Shown here: positions 26,480 through 38,430 of the stretch, piece by piece
How the letters are laid out: the number at the start of each line of letters is the position of its first letter
Numbering within the stretch: position 1 is the stretch's first letter
Origin: Octopus sinensis
Lineage: Eukaryota
NCBI RefSeq assembly: GCF_006345805.1
Contig: NC_043023.1
Location: forward strand, 8,122,001 to 8,186,000
Direction: 5' to 3'
DNA: 64,000 bases
Notes under the pieces: model-generated
What the model was told of the DNA's origin: nothing
Seen by the model: only the letters and a program-made list of their open reading frames with translations
The model's database searches: none
Made by a program: the position numbers and the translations under genes

Positions 26480-28120
26480 GCTAGCCAGACGTAGGTACTC
26501 GGTACTCGAGATCCTACGAGGTGACTTGCGCATGCGCTGTGCGCGATTCGCGCATGCGCGTTACAACTCCATCCCCCCATATAATTTGTGAACTTAATGA
26601 ATTAATTTCTTCACACAAATGTATATAATTTTTGGGATAAAATTACAGAGTAACACCTCCACGATTTTCACTAAAAAAAAACCACAAAAAAACCCCGGAT
26701 TTTTTAGATACCTTTCTGCTTTTTAAGACAATAAAGTGTTATTGGAGGGAAATCTGGCTGCTATTTGTAGCTGCCTGAATGACAACATAGCGATTTACAG
26801 ATAAATGAATTAATTACTATTTTACAGAATAAAATTAATGAATTAATTATATAAATTAAATAATTCTTGAAAATGAATTAATATTAATAATATTTTTTGA
26901 ACAAAGTAAATAATTTATAAAACTTAAATAATAATTTTTTTTACGCGAACGTATATAAATTGTGAAATTTTTTTTTTTTTTACAGACGTATATAATTTGG
27001 TAAACTCAATGAATTAATTTCTTCACGTCATCATCATCCGTTCTCCATGCTAGCATGGGTTGGACGGTTCGACCGGGGATCTGGGAAGCCAGAAGGCTGC
27101 ACCAGGCTCCAGTCTTATCTGGCAATGTTTCTACAGCTGGATGCCCTTCCTAACGCCAACCACTCCGAGAGTGTAGTGGGTGCTTTTTACATGCCACCCG
27201 CACAGGTGCCAGGCGAGGCTGGCATCGGCCACGATTCGGATAGTGCTTTTTACGTACCACCAGTCCAGGGGTCCTGGCATCTGCCGGGTGCCAGTCATAG
27301 GATTGGTTCAATTTCGATTTCACTTGCCCCAACATGTCTTCGCAAGCAAAGTGGGTTGGCATGGGTGCCTGTCGTCGGATGAGGTTCGATATCGACTTCG
27401 CTTGCCTCAACAGGTCTTTGTGTATAAATGTATAAATTTTTCGCACTAAATTCTTTCCGTAGAATTTATCAAAAAACGTGCAAAATTATTCCGTAGAATT
27501 TATCAAATTAAAAAACGCAAAATTAATATATTTTTTGAAATTGCAAATTATTTAGAATATAAAACAAATGAAGTTAAATTTTAAAAATAAATGTCATATA
27601 CTTATACTCTGTTAGGTGCTGTGTTCACACTTCAATTTACTATTTTCTAGAAATGTTGCTTTTCTAATTGAAACCATTTATTATTTAAGTTTTATAAATG
27701 ATTTACTTTGTTCAAAAAATATTAATAATATTAATTCATTTTCAAGAATTATTTAATTTATATAATTAATTCATTAATTTTATTCTGTAAAATAGTAATT
27801 AATTCATTTATCTGTAAATCGCTATGTTGTCATTCAGGCAGCTACAAATAGCAGCCAGATTTCCCTCCAATAACACTTTATTGTCTTAAAAAGCAGAAAG
27901 GTATCTAAAAAATCCGGGGTTTTTTGGGGTTTTTTTTTTAGTGAAAATCGTGCGGGTGTTACTCTGTAATTTTACCCCCAAAATTATATACATTTGTGTG
28001 AAGAAATTAATTCATTAAGTTTCACAAACTATATGGGGGTGGGTGGAGGTATAACGCGCACAGCGCATGCGCAAGTCACCTCGTAGGATCTCGAGTATCG
28101 AGTACCTACGTCTGGCTTAG
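26480..28120. mobile_element. Foldback element with ~450-bp inverted arms and a SINE in the spacer
   Basis: 26482-26935 is the reverse complement of ~27677-28117 (GCCAGACGTAGGTACTCG / CGAGTACCTACGTCTGGC). Confidence 0.8.
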
Positions 28121-28403
28121 CAATATTTAATACTTTCACTGTCATGTAATTTCTTTATTAAGATTATATAATCGTTACATAGAAGGACAAATACAGGACA
28201 TACATGTAAAAAACAGTTAAGAGGTTCGATTAAAAATTTTCCATGACATTTGGATTATTCATTATAAAAATTCGTCTGTAAATTGTCCTTTACATGACCA
28301 ATAGAATATTATAACATTACATAAACTTTCGATCTTACCGAAGTTATAAACCCCGGCACTTTATAAGGCCCCGCAGCTTTTGTTTCCTCTCCTCCCTCCA
28401 TAG

Positions 28404-31400
28404 TTAAGCTGGGTTTCTGACGCCCACCTTTTTTTCCACTTCCTTCCATCTTTTCTCATACACACCCCGTGGTAAGATCCTCTTTTCCAGCCCCATTTTG
28501 CTCTTCAGATGATATCTGAAGTAAGTGAGCAAGCCGGGGCCCGAGACAAAGGATCCTATCGCGACTCCTTCCATTCTTGTTCGCCACATGCATTCTTTTA
28601 CTACTGCAACCGTGCAGTGAAAACATGCCTCACCCTCCTTCGAGAGTCCAGTTGGCGGTATCATCTTAATCATAGACTCAGCCGACAGCTGTACTCGTCC
28701 CAGATGCGATAACACGTGTTCTGCGTAACTTATCAAGTCGGACAACTTCCGACAGTGTACAAAAGCGTGCTGGACGGTTTCATCGTCCAACTCGCACCTT
28801 GGACACGTCGGTGGCACTGAAATTCCGTGCCGCGATAACTTCTCGCGAACAGGTAAAGCATTCCTATAGCACTGCCAGGCCAGGGATCTTTGGAAATTAT
28901 CCAAGTACCCCGTCCCGAAAGTCTTTTTAAACAGGTTGATAAGCTGGTCTTCGTCAAACTCCAGAGCCCCTCCTAGGACGTCGTCGTTCTTTGCCTCTAC
29001 CAGCCTTCTATAAAATACCGAGGTGGTATTTCCGCAGCCGGCCTTGCCCGCCTTGTGGATCAGCGTGAGTGCCTGTCGGCACTCCTTTTGCCATGAAGTC
29101 AGTTTCCATCTTTTGATGAGACCGGGTTTAAAATTCACTAAGGAGGCCGGTCTCGGGAAAAATCCCCCTGCCAGCGGACTCCACATCTTATCACCCTCCA
29201 GGTGGTGCCAGAGATGCTTCAGCCTCAATGCATGTCTGCGCATCATCAACCAAGGCATTCCTAACCCACCCTTTAACGGTTCCTGGCAGCAAACGGAGCG
29301 CCTCACAAGTGGCTTTCCTCCCTTCCACAAAAAGCGGAAAAGGATTCGCTCCAACTTGCTAAGCCATGAATAGGGGCAAGGGACAACGGTCAGGCGGTAA
29401 GTGATTACAGATGCAATGAACATCTGCACCACCTCCGCCCTTCCTTTCAAGGACAGAAACCTTCGGGACCAGGTCCGTACTATGGCCTCCACCTTGCTCG
29501 TCACCTCACTCCAGTTCCTCTCCGTTTGGGAGTCTGGCCCAAACCAAACTCCTAGCAACTTAACAGGGCCATCCGTCCAGTGTCCCACGACACTGGACGA
29601 TATCGACTTGCTCCTCCAGGTGCCGAGGCACAAGCCAACCGACTTGTCCTTGTTAACCTTTGCTCCTGCCACCGCCTCGTATCCTCTGATAGCCTCTTCC
29701 ACACAAGGTAGCTGGGCCTCATTGGACACGATGAGGGTGACGTCATCCGCATAAGCAGTAACCGTCCTCCCACCTCCGATCTCATCCGAGTTACTTCCCA
29801 GCCTCTCCAACTTTCGCAGCAATGGCTCAAGAGCCAACACGTACAAAAGTGGTGACAAGGGGCACCCTTGACGAACTGAACATTCGATCGAAAACGGTTC
29901 CGTTAGGTAACCGTTTATCTGGACGGTGGACTTGATGCCGCTATACATAGCAGAGATCCACCCGTGAAATTCAGGGCCCAGTCCAGCCGCTTCGAGGACC
30001 GTCGCCAGGTACTCATGGTCTACCCTATCGAACGCTTTACTTTGGTCTAAATGGACCATTACCCCGCCCTTGCCGGTTAATTTACCCACCCTATCTAAGG
30101 TGTAGCGTATAAGGTGAAGGTTGTCCTGGATCGACCTGCCTGGAATTGCACATGTCTGTGCTCTCCCTACAAGTTTCTCCACGACAACCGTCAACCTTTT
30201 TGCCAACACCTTGGCCAGAATCTTTAACTCTACATTAAGTAGAGTTATGGGCCTGTAGTTACTAATGTTATCCCCCTTGCTCGGGTCTTTCTGGATTAGC
30301 GTCACCACTCCCCGGCTTACAGAACTGGGAATTCTCCCATTCTGCTGCCAGTTCGTGTAGACGCCTGCCAATATTCCCCCGAACAAGTCCGGCATACTTT
30401 GGTAAAACTCGTAGGGCAGACCATCCAACCCCGGCGCATCCGGCCAGTATCCCCTCTATCTCCGCGGGAGTGATCACTTCTTCACAGCACTCCACCTCAC
30501 GCCCCGAGAGCCGCGGTCCGCCGGCCAGGAAGTCCTTTAAGGTCCTCTCCCGCTCCGGCGCCACACCACTCCCGAACCCGCGGGCGAAATGCTGGTGAAG
30601 AAACTTTTGCATCTCCTCCTGTCCATAGATCTTTTGTCCCTGTTCGTCAGTTAAAGACTTGATTGAGGCTTTGTTACCTCTCTGACTCTCCACTCGACGG
30701 GCCCATCCGGCAACGTTAATACCTTCTCGTTTCCCAGCGCGTAGCTTAGCTCTGACTCTGCAACCTTCGTGTTTGGAGTTAAGGTGACGGTACAATACCG
30801 TCCTTGCCGCCATCACTCCGGATGCAGAGCCAGCTTCCATTGCCTCGTTTAGATTCTTAACTAAATCGTCCTCTATCCTAGACCTATCTATCCTTAGCTG
30901 ATTGCTAAATCTAATGGACTCTGAATGAATGGCTCTTTTGAGGGAGTGCCACCATCTATTGTTAATGATGGTGCCACACAATGCCCTCTGTACTAACACC
31001 TTAATCCGGGTACGGAAGTCTTCACAATTCAAAATAGCCTTGTTCAGCTTCCAGTACCCGGGTCCCTGTCTATGACACTTGTCTAATTGTATCCTACACG
31101 TCACAAATTTGTGATCCGTGTAAGGCACAATGTGAAATTGTGGACAACTAAACGTATCCTTATCTCTTTTCTTAATAAATATCCTATCTAGATACGATCT
31201 GTGTGAGCCGTCGTTGTTACTCCACGTCCACTGTGGAACGCTCGGCTCATCCAGTCGGTAACGGTCCACTAGATCAAAGCTCTCTAGTAGACCCTTGAGG
31301 CTAGGGTTCCCCTTCCTATTGGTTGAGCCGACACTGTCGACCCGCGCTTCAAGGACAGTGTTAAAGTCCCCTACTAGGATTACTGTTTTCGACGTCGCTA

Positions 31401-31779
31401 AAAAGGGCTCCAGGTTCCGAAAAAAACCCTTCTGTCTACCCTCATTCGGGGCGTAGACAGCTACCAACCTGAAGGACTGTTTACTTACGTGAGTCACATC
31501 CAGAACAACCAGCCTGCCTTCTGGGTCCAGAAAGACAGTACTTACCTGCAAGTCCAAGCTCTTCCTGATAAGGACTGCCACGCCTCTGCCTCTTCCTCGG
31601 CTAGGAGAAATAAATTTCTCGAACCCATTTAGAAGAGGCGAGAACACTTGGGCCTCGCTCATCTTGGACTCGGTTGCAATAGCTATGTCTACTCCATGTG
31701 TCGTGAGGTCGTTCAGGAAACAAATTTGTTTCCGTTTCGACCCCATTCCACGTACATTCACACAACCCAGCTTAGCCAT
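28404..31779 (-). pseudogene. Tx1 ORF2 (endonuclease and reverse transcriptase) with one frameshift at ~30430
   Basis: NVRG, GDFN, SYLDRIF, TDH (APE); SKAFDRV, RQGCPLSP, YADD (RT); CPRC..ETVQHAFVHC; the K(S/T)PG motif before LDGLPYEFY is disrupted. Confidence 0.9.
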
Positions 31780-31806
31780 TGTCGGTGAGAGAAAAAATAA
31801 ATGAAC

Positions 31807-33240
31807 TTACGGTTGAGAAAGGGAGCATGACAGTTTGAATCTGCCCGCTTCCCCTTCTTCCTCCCTTGTGGTCGTGGCTGCAGGGCTCTTAACCGGCGTT
31901 GCCACCGGGCTCTGGGTGGGTGTGGTTGCCGGGGTTATAACGAGTTTACCCTCCAGAACTTCTTTTGTCACATCTCTAATCAGTCTGTTCTTTAGATGTT
32001 CTTGAAGAACTTCCTCCTTCCACTCGTCTTCCTTTATTTTCGCGAAGCGAGTGGTTGCTTTTATGTCTGTAGCCTTGCTATATAATTTAAATTTTGAAAA
32101 TTTATAGTATTTATATACCCTTTCATTTTTCTCATCAAAAGCGATGATCTTATCATTTTTTTTTAAAGACTTTTTCACATCTTGTTTTATGGGGAGGGGC
32201 TTGGCGAACTGTTTCCCAATGAAAACAGTGCCATGGGGGTAGGGCTGGGGGATTTGTTTCGTGTGTATGTCTGCGGTGCTTGCTGATTTTTTCCTTGTTT
32301 GGGGAGGGGAGTCCAGGGTGTTGTCTTTTTTTCTTTTGTGTGTTACCTGTGTGTAGTCCATGTGTTCGGTACAATCCGTTTCTGTTTCTATGCTTGTCGT
32401 CGTCTTGTTATCCTTTTCTGCCTTCTCCCCTTCAGTGTTTGAAGCACTTTGAGGAGGGGCTTCATTGGTTTTCTTCTTTTTTATGCAGTTCGAGCGGACG
32501 TGACCCTTCTCTCCACATTTAAAACATCTCGGTCTGCGTCCCTCTACTGATACTCTCATTGATGTTCCATCTTCGTTGAATATCCTATCGGGTAGGTTCT
32601 CTAATATCTTGTTTTCCGCCTGAACGAGGAGCTCCAGCGTCTGTCCCTTCCAGCGTACCTCCTCTTTCCTTCTCATCTGCAGAATCGAAATTTCCCACTC
32701 TATATTGTGCAGGACCGCTGCTGCTACCCACATTATATCGTACCCTCTCGGTATGTCCTCTATCAGCAGTTTCGCTGTTCTTTTTCCCATGTACGAGGGT
32801 AGCAGCACGATCTCATCATTTTTCAGGGTCAATGATGACACCTCTCTTGCTATCTCCGCCGAGTCAAAATGTGCCTCAACAGTAGCGCTGCGCGCACCTC
32901 GAACGACATGGCGAATTTTGTCCCACACCGGGGACAAGCACTTTTCGACCATTTCGTTCCTGACGTCCATAATTTTCTTTTCTTTGTAGCTATACACTTT
33001 ATATATGACTGTTTTCTCCTTTATTTCTTGTACCTTCGCCTGCGGCGGTACAAGTTTGACTTCGTTTCCTTCCATTTTTACCAAGTTCCTGAATTCGAAC
33101 AGTTGTTCGATCTTGAATTCAACGTCCATCATGGTTCTGCCTACCGCGGCCGAAAAAGACTGTTTGGTTACTTCCGTTTCCTTTAATTCACTTGTTCCCA
33201 TCGCGGGGAAGTCATTCTTCGACGCCAAGTCGAAATCCAT
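31807..33240 (-). CDS. Tx1 ORF1 nucleic-acid-binding protein (477 aa)
   Basis: Intact ORF with CFKCGEKGHVRSNC (Cx2Cx4Hx4C), 27 nt upstream of the ORF2 ATG. Confidence 0.85.
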   Translation of the reverse strand: MDFDLASKNDFPAMGTSELKETEVTKQSFSAAVGRTMMDVEFKIEQLFEFRNLVKMEGNEVKLVPPQAKVQEIKEKTVIYKVYSYKEKKIMDVRNEMVEKCLSPVWDKIRHVVRGARSATVEAHFDSAEIAREVSSLTLKNDEIVLLPSYMGKRTAKLLIEDIPRGYDIMWVAAAVLHNIEWEISILQMRRKEEVRWKGQTLELLVQAENKILENLPDRIFNEDGTSMRVSVEGRRPRCFKCGEKGHVRSNCIKKKKTNEAPPQSASNTEGEKAEKDNKTTTSIETETDCTEHMDYTQVTHKRKKDNTLDSPPQTRKKSASTADIHTKQIPQPYPHGTVFIGKQFAKPLPIKQDVKKSLKKNDKIIAFDEKNERVYKYYKFSKFKLYSKATDIKATTRFAKIKEDEWKEEVLQEHLKNRLIRDVTKEVLEGKLVITPATTPTQSPVATPVKSPAATTTREEEGEAGRFKLSCSLSQP

Positions 33241-33860
33241 TCCTCAAAGAATGTTTCAAAAATTACCTCGAAGGTAATAACAATTTTAAATACAGAATTT
33301 TCTGCCCCGTAGGGCGAAAATTACCGTTACACAACGGGCACTGTTCAAATAACAATTAACACAAACAACGATGATCAAAATTTCGAACTCTCTCAACAAA
33401 GGCAGCAATTTCTCAAAACGCAGGAAAATGTGGAAAGTATGAAATGAATGTAAAAAAAGGGATAATATATGAGAAAATAAAAATAAAACGAACGGGACAG
33501 TTTATGCGAACAAGTTCAAGGTTGAGAGTTCAAGATTAGAAATGTATAGACGTCGTGGTATATTTTTTAAGGATTTCACATCAATAACAAAGTCACTTTG
33601 ATCCGTGAAAGAGAGGTGCAGCCAATGGTAAGTATCCAAGGGGTAAAGAAAATCCAATGTAGAGGTAAGAGTTGATAGTGGTGTTGGTAGAATATAGGAT
33701 GAAAGTGAGACCACCTGAGCGCATAATATATAACGGGAAGCTTTATGAAAATAGACAAAAGACGAAGGCAGGTTTACGGAAATAAACAAAAGACGAAGGC
33801 AGGTGGAAGACAAACAAACAATTGTATTAGTATGGTACTCAGGAATATAAATAAAGCAAG

Positions 33861-33898
33861 TCTTTTACGTTTCGAGCCTACGCTCTTCAACAGAAAGA
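33861..33898 (-). ncRNA. Hammerhead-like motif (A6U core variant)
   Basis: UCUUU-CUGUUGA-A-GAGC guag GCUC-GAAAC-GUA|AAAGA. Confidence 0.55.
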
Positions 33899-34347
33899 TA
33901 CACAGAGAAGAAACACAGAATGAAGGAGAAAAAAAATGCGTGCAGAGGCTAGCGAATCAACATGGCGATCTGATTTCGGCCAGAAGTCAAAGATCAAACG
34001 TGAGACGCAAGAGCAAAATTAGGGGAGATAATAGGGTTAAATGACCTCGCTCCAACATAAGAGTGTGTGTGTGTGTATGAGAAGAGTGTGTGTGGGTGTA
34101 TGAGAGAGTATTAGTGCGTATGAGCGGTCTGGACGTGTGTATGCATATATGATGTGATGTGTAAAGTCGTATGGTGTAGTGTAGAGAGAGGAGATGAGGG
34201 AAGAGGGGGGAGGTAACACGTATAATGTGTATTTGTGTGTATGTAATTATTGATGTAATTAGGTTATAATGACCTAATTACATTTGTTTTCATTGGTTAA
34301 TCTAATAATAATAATTGTTTTTCCTCTCCTCTTTGTATAACTTTCAG

Positions 34348-34384
34348 GCAACACTATAGTGTGGTATCGTTGATGCTGGCCCAG
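34348..34384 (+). CDS. ANK-RING-DD gene exon a (ankyrin; QHYSVVSLMLAQ)
   Basis: TTTCAG|..CAG|GTTAGT; 37 nt; joins exon b in frame to complete an ankyrin repeat. Confidence 0.65.
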
Positions 34385-34696
34385 GTTAGTTAACAAATAC
34401 ATATTATATCCTCTCTCTAGTATTCAATATTTATATCATCAAAATACCAGTGAAATTCTGGGGGTAGATTTAATCAACTGCACTGCAGCAGCCTTTTAAT
34501 ATAGCAGGTCTTGGGTCTGTGAAGAATAATTATGTTGGTAATAACAATGATGATAGTAGTCGTAGTGATGACAGTCCAACTGACCACCACTGCTGATAGT
34601 GCTATCTTTAATGGTCAGACAAAACAAGATCATTATGAATTCAACCCATATATATCAGATTATATATATCATCATCAACCACTCTGCCATATGCCC

Positions 34697-34950
34697 GTGG
34701 GCATATGGCATAGTGGTTAATAGTACAGGCTACTAACCCCAAGATTCCGAGTTCAGTTACAGGCCGTGACTTGAATAATAATAATAATAATAACAATAAT
34801 AATAACATTGAAAAATACCTTTGGAATGAGAACATAGGTTCGAAATTTCCTCAAGACACCTGACAAAGGCTGGAGGGTATATCAGCCGAAACATTGTGTT
34901 AACAACAAACAAGATGAGGACAAATATCCATCAAATGTAAATAATGTAAA
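34697..34950 (+). mobile_element. SINE with tRNA-like head, (AAT)n tract and hammerhead-like module (34855-34900)
   Basis: A-box-like TGGCATAGTGGTT and B-box-like GAGTTCAGTTA; GACAC-CTGACAA-A-GGCTG..CAGCC-GAAAC-ATT|GTGTT. Confidence 0.6.
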
Positions 34951-35097
34951 TAATGATGATCATCATCTTTTAGTGTCTGTCTCTCATGTTGTGTGTGTGT
35001 GTAAATTGTTGGTGTCTGCATTTTATCTTGTGTCCAATAATTTATTTGGCTTCTTGGCTGCTTTTTCCCTCTGCACGTATGTATAAATGTGTGTGTA

Positions 35098-35150
<53 letters not shown>

Positions 35151-35559
35151 ACCCAGAAAGAGAGTTACTCTTGTCAGACACATTGCACACTCAGATTATG
35201 CAGCAGAGATAAGTTAAAGGTCCTTGTCCCCAGCAACAAAGCTAAATGTGGGCATGCTGAACTCAGTCCCTATTGCTTCGTTAATCCATTATCATCAGTA
35301 CATGATGAATCAACTTCCCTTCTCCTCTCTCCCTGCCTAACTCAATGGATTAACTACCCTTACTGTATTTGTCTACCTAACTTATTTACCTGTATTTGTA
35401 TTAACATGGCTTTGCATGAATGCCGGGATGCAACACCCTTCACTGTTGGTGGTGACGATACCTGATTAACTCCTCTTTACAGGTATTCATACTAACACCT
35501 CTGTGCTAATACCAGCACAACACCCACGTCCAGTGGTGTTAGCAAGCGTTACATGAATG

Positions 35560-36300
35560 ATGCAGGATTAAATGCAAGGACAACTGCTAATGACATGCTG
35601 GCAGGAAAATGCTAATAACAACTTTTTCAGATGCTGATAGCTGCAGCCAACTGAAGGGCTACTTCTATGACACTTCAAAGATAAATGACCGTGACCTTCG
35701 TGGCTGGTGATTTCAATGGACGTGTTGGGCAGCACCCAGGTATCTTCCAAGGGGTACATGGTGGGACACAGAATTGTGGGAACAAAAACCATAGCCACCA
35801 TGTACACCATGGAAGCCCCCTGCATGTTGCCCAACGTGCCCATTGAAGTCGCCAGCCACAAAGAGAAGGTCCCTGTCATTCATTGATGAGGTAGTCTGCA
35901 AGAGGGTGTCATAAAATCAGTCTTTCTGTTCATCAGGTAGCCCTGGCTGAGGGTCATAGGCTGAGATAATGGTTGCTAATCCATGTTGCAGCACTAATCT
36001 AAACTTAAGTATTCCATCACAGACTCTGACTATCTTGATTATCTTATCAGCCCATTTCTCTGCAAGAAGTATACTCATGCCCCCGACTCCATCAGTGTGC
36101 CCTACCCAGAAAATCTTATACTTATGTTCTTTGCCTGTGAGGAACCTAGCAGAACTTCCTCTCCACCTTCTTGGATGCAGCACAAATCTACACGTCTCTG
36201 TTCAAGCATGTTAACATTCTCACCAGACCTACCTTTCAATGTGCCGATGTTGAGAGTACTAACCCTGAGGGTGTTGAAGATATGGGTCCATGAGACCCTG
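35560..36300 (-). pseudogene. Decayed RTE-clade LINE endonuclease
   Basis: TLNIGTL, DLCCIQE, IISAYDPQ.G, VAGDFNGHVG across shifted frames. Confidence 0.8.
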
Positions 36301-36470
36301 GGATGGGGGACAGCGGCATCATGTACCTGAAAAGAAAGCTTGCATTTGGCAGAACCCATAAACATACAATAGTCTTCAACCTGCAAACACTACACCATCA
36401 TTTTATGCACTACATCATCACATAGGAGATAAACCCTATATATATAAATATATGTATATATATATGTATA

Positions 36471-36502
<32 letters not shown>

Positions 36503-36515
36503 CACATATATATAT

Positions 36516-36570
<55 letters not shown>

Positions 36571-36968
36571 CATCGTTTAGCGTCCGTTTTCCATGCTAGC
36601 ATGGGTTGGACGGTTCTACTGGGGTCTGTGAAGCCAGAAGGCTTCATCAGTCCCAGTCAAATCTGGCAGTGTTTCTACGGCTGGATGCCCTTCCTAACGC
36701 CAACCACTCCGAGAGTGTAGTGGGTGCTTTTTACGTGCCACCCGCACAGGTGCCAGACAGAGCTGGCAAACGGCCACGAATGGATGGTGCTTTTTATGTG
36801 CCACCGGCACGAGGGCCAGGCGAGGCTGGCAACGGACACGAAACGGGGCGGTGCTGGCAACGGTCGCGAAACGGAAGGTTCTCTTACATGCCACCGGCAC
36901 TGGTAACACATCTGCAATTTCCATTGATCGATTTCGATTCTGATCGAAATCATTGCCATCATCCTCTC

Positions 36969-36999
<31 letters not shown>

Positions 37000-37842
37000 A
37001 TATATATATATATATATTTAAAATTAAAATCAAAATGTGGGTGAAAAATTGGATATTAATTTAATAACATCAATTTAAGACCAGTGGTCTAGCGTATAAA
37101 AAACTGAGATTCAGTAAATGATTTTCTGGAGAACAATTCATAGTGGTTGAGACCTATGCGGATCTCTTTTTAGCACAACGGCTTCCACATAGTGGTTTCC
37201 TCTTATATTTATGTATAAAATACTATTTACTGAATATATATATGTATATATTTATGTATGTATGTATTGGGATTGTATCACCAATTATTATGACACGATA
37301 CTGTTTACACTATAACCTTGTAGTAATAATAAAACATATTACGGATCAGGGTAACAACGACAATCCATACACAAGCCAACAAACAATGAAAACAACACCT
37401 TACGACTTCCTGCAATTAACACCTACTCTCTCTGGTCTCTCACTCAGACTGCTACTATTCATAGTCATTCAGTCAAGTCTGTTCTTGCATGCGTTCTTTT
37501 GACTCTCACCACAACATGTAATCGAGTCCAGGACCTATTCTATGTAAGCCTAGTACTTATTCTGTTGATCCTTTTTGCCAAATCGCTAGCTTACAGGGAT
37601 GTAAACACACCAGCATCGATTGTTAAGCAATGTTGGGAGGACAAACACAGACACACAAACACACACACACACACACACATATACGATGGGCTTCTTTCAG
37701 TTTTTGTTTACCAAATCCACTCACAAGGCTTTGGCCAGCCCGAGATGATAGTATAAGACACTTTCTCAAGGTGCCATGCAGTGGTACTAAACCCTTGAAT
37801 CATGTGGTTGGTAAGCAAGCTATTTACCATAGCCACTCCTGT

Positions 37843-37882
<40 letters not shown>

Positions 37883-38217
37883 AAATATATCTATATATAT
37901 GTGTTTGTGTGTATCTCACTTCCATAACATTCATGTATATGTGTGTGTATGTACAGGAATGTTAAGGATGTGGACACTAACCAACTCACCTGTTTTATGA
38001 ACCCCTTATTAATATAGCAGCATCATAATTCTTCTTTACTAGTTTTGATCTGCTAATTATATGTTCACTCTTGTTCTGCTCCCCTAAAATTTACTATAGT
38101 GAGAGATAGATATAGATTAGGCTGAAACAATCTGTTTAAGACCTCTTAATAGATTTATTCATGTCCCTAACACATATCCCATGTACATTTTCAATTTCTA
38201 TTTTTACTTCCACAAAG

Positions 38218-38430
38218 GATTCAGTGAAACTGGATATTGGGAATCATAAGAAAATAACACCATTGCTGGAAGCCGTCTCCAGGGCCCACCTCAGAATTAT
38301 CCGTAAACTTATTATACAGGGTGCAAATATTAATGCTGTCGACAATGATGGCAATAATTGTTTGCACCTCTCCATAATAAAGAAAGAGATGTTCCATTCT
38401 GAGGTGGAACCCATTCCCATTTTAGATGAG
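38218..38430 (+). CDS. ANK-RING-DD gene exon b (ankyrin repeats)
   Basis: AAAG|GAT..GAG|GTAAGT; 213 nt, phase 0-0; TPLLEAV..H..IIRKLI.QGANINAVDNDGNNCLHL. Confidence 0.9.

Larger units (their letters stand above)
28120..33400 (-). mobile_element. Near full-length Tx1/L1-clade non-LTR retrotransposon
   Basis: ORF1 with CCHC knuckle, ORF2 with APE, RT and zinc knuckle; minus-strand AATAAA at 28154-28159; outer ends approximate. Confidence 0.9.

Noticed and set aside
28509-33277. Plus-strand and nested ORFs overlapping the Tx1 element
   Set aside because: Antisense or alternative-frame shadows of a GC-richer coding region; no recognisable motifs.
37150-37200. Possible fifth hammerhead on the minus strand (CTAAAAA-GAGA..TCTC-AACC)
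   Set aside because: Both core segments are too degenerate to support.
37935-37990. Possible extra exon (TACAG|GAATG..) between ankyrin exons
   Set aside because: Reaches a stop in the required phase and has no good donor; exons a and b already join seamlessly.
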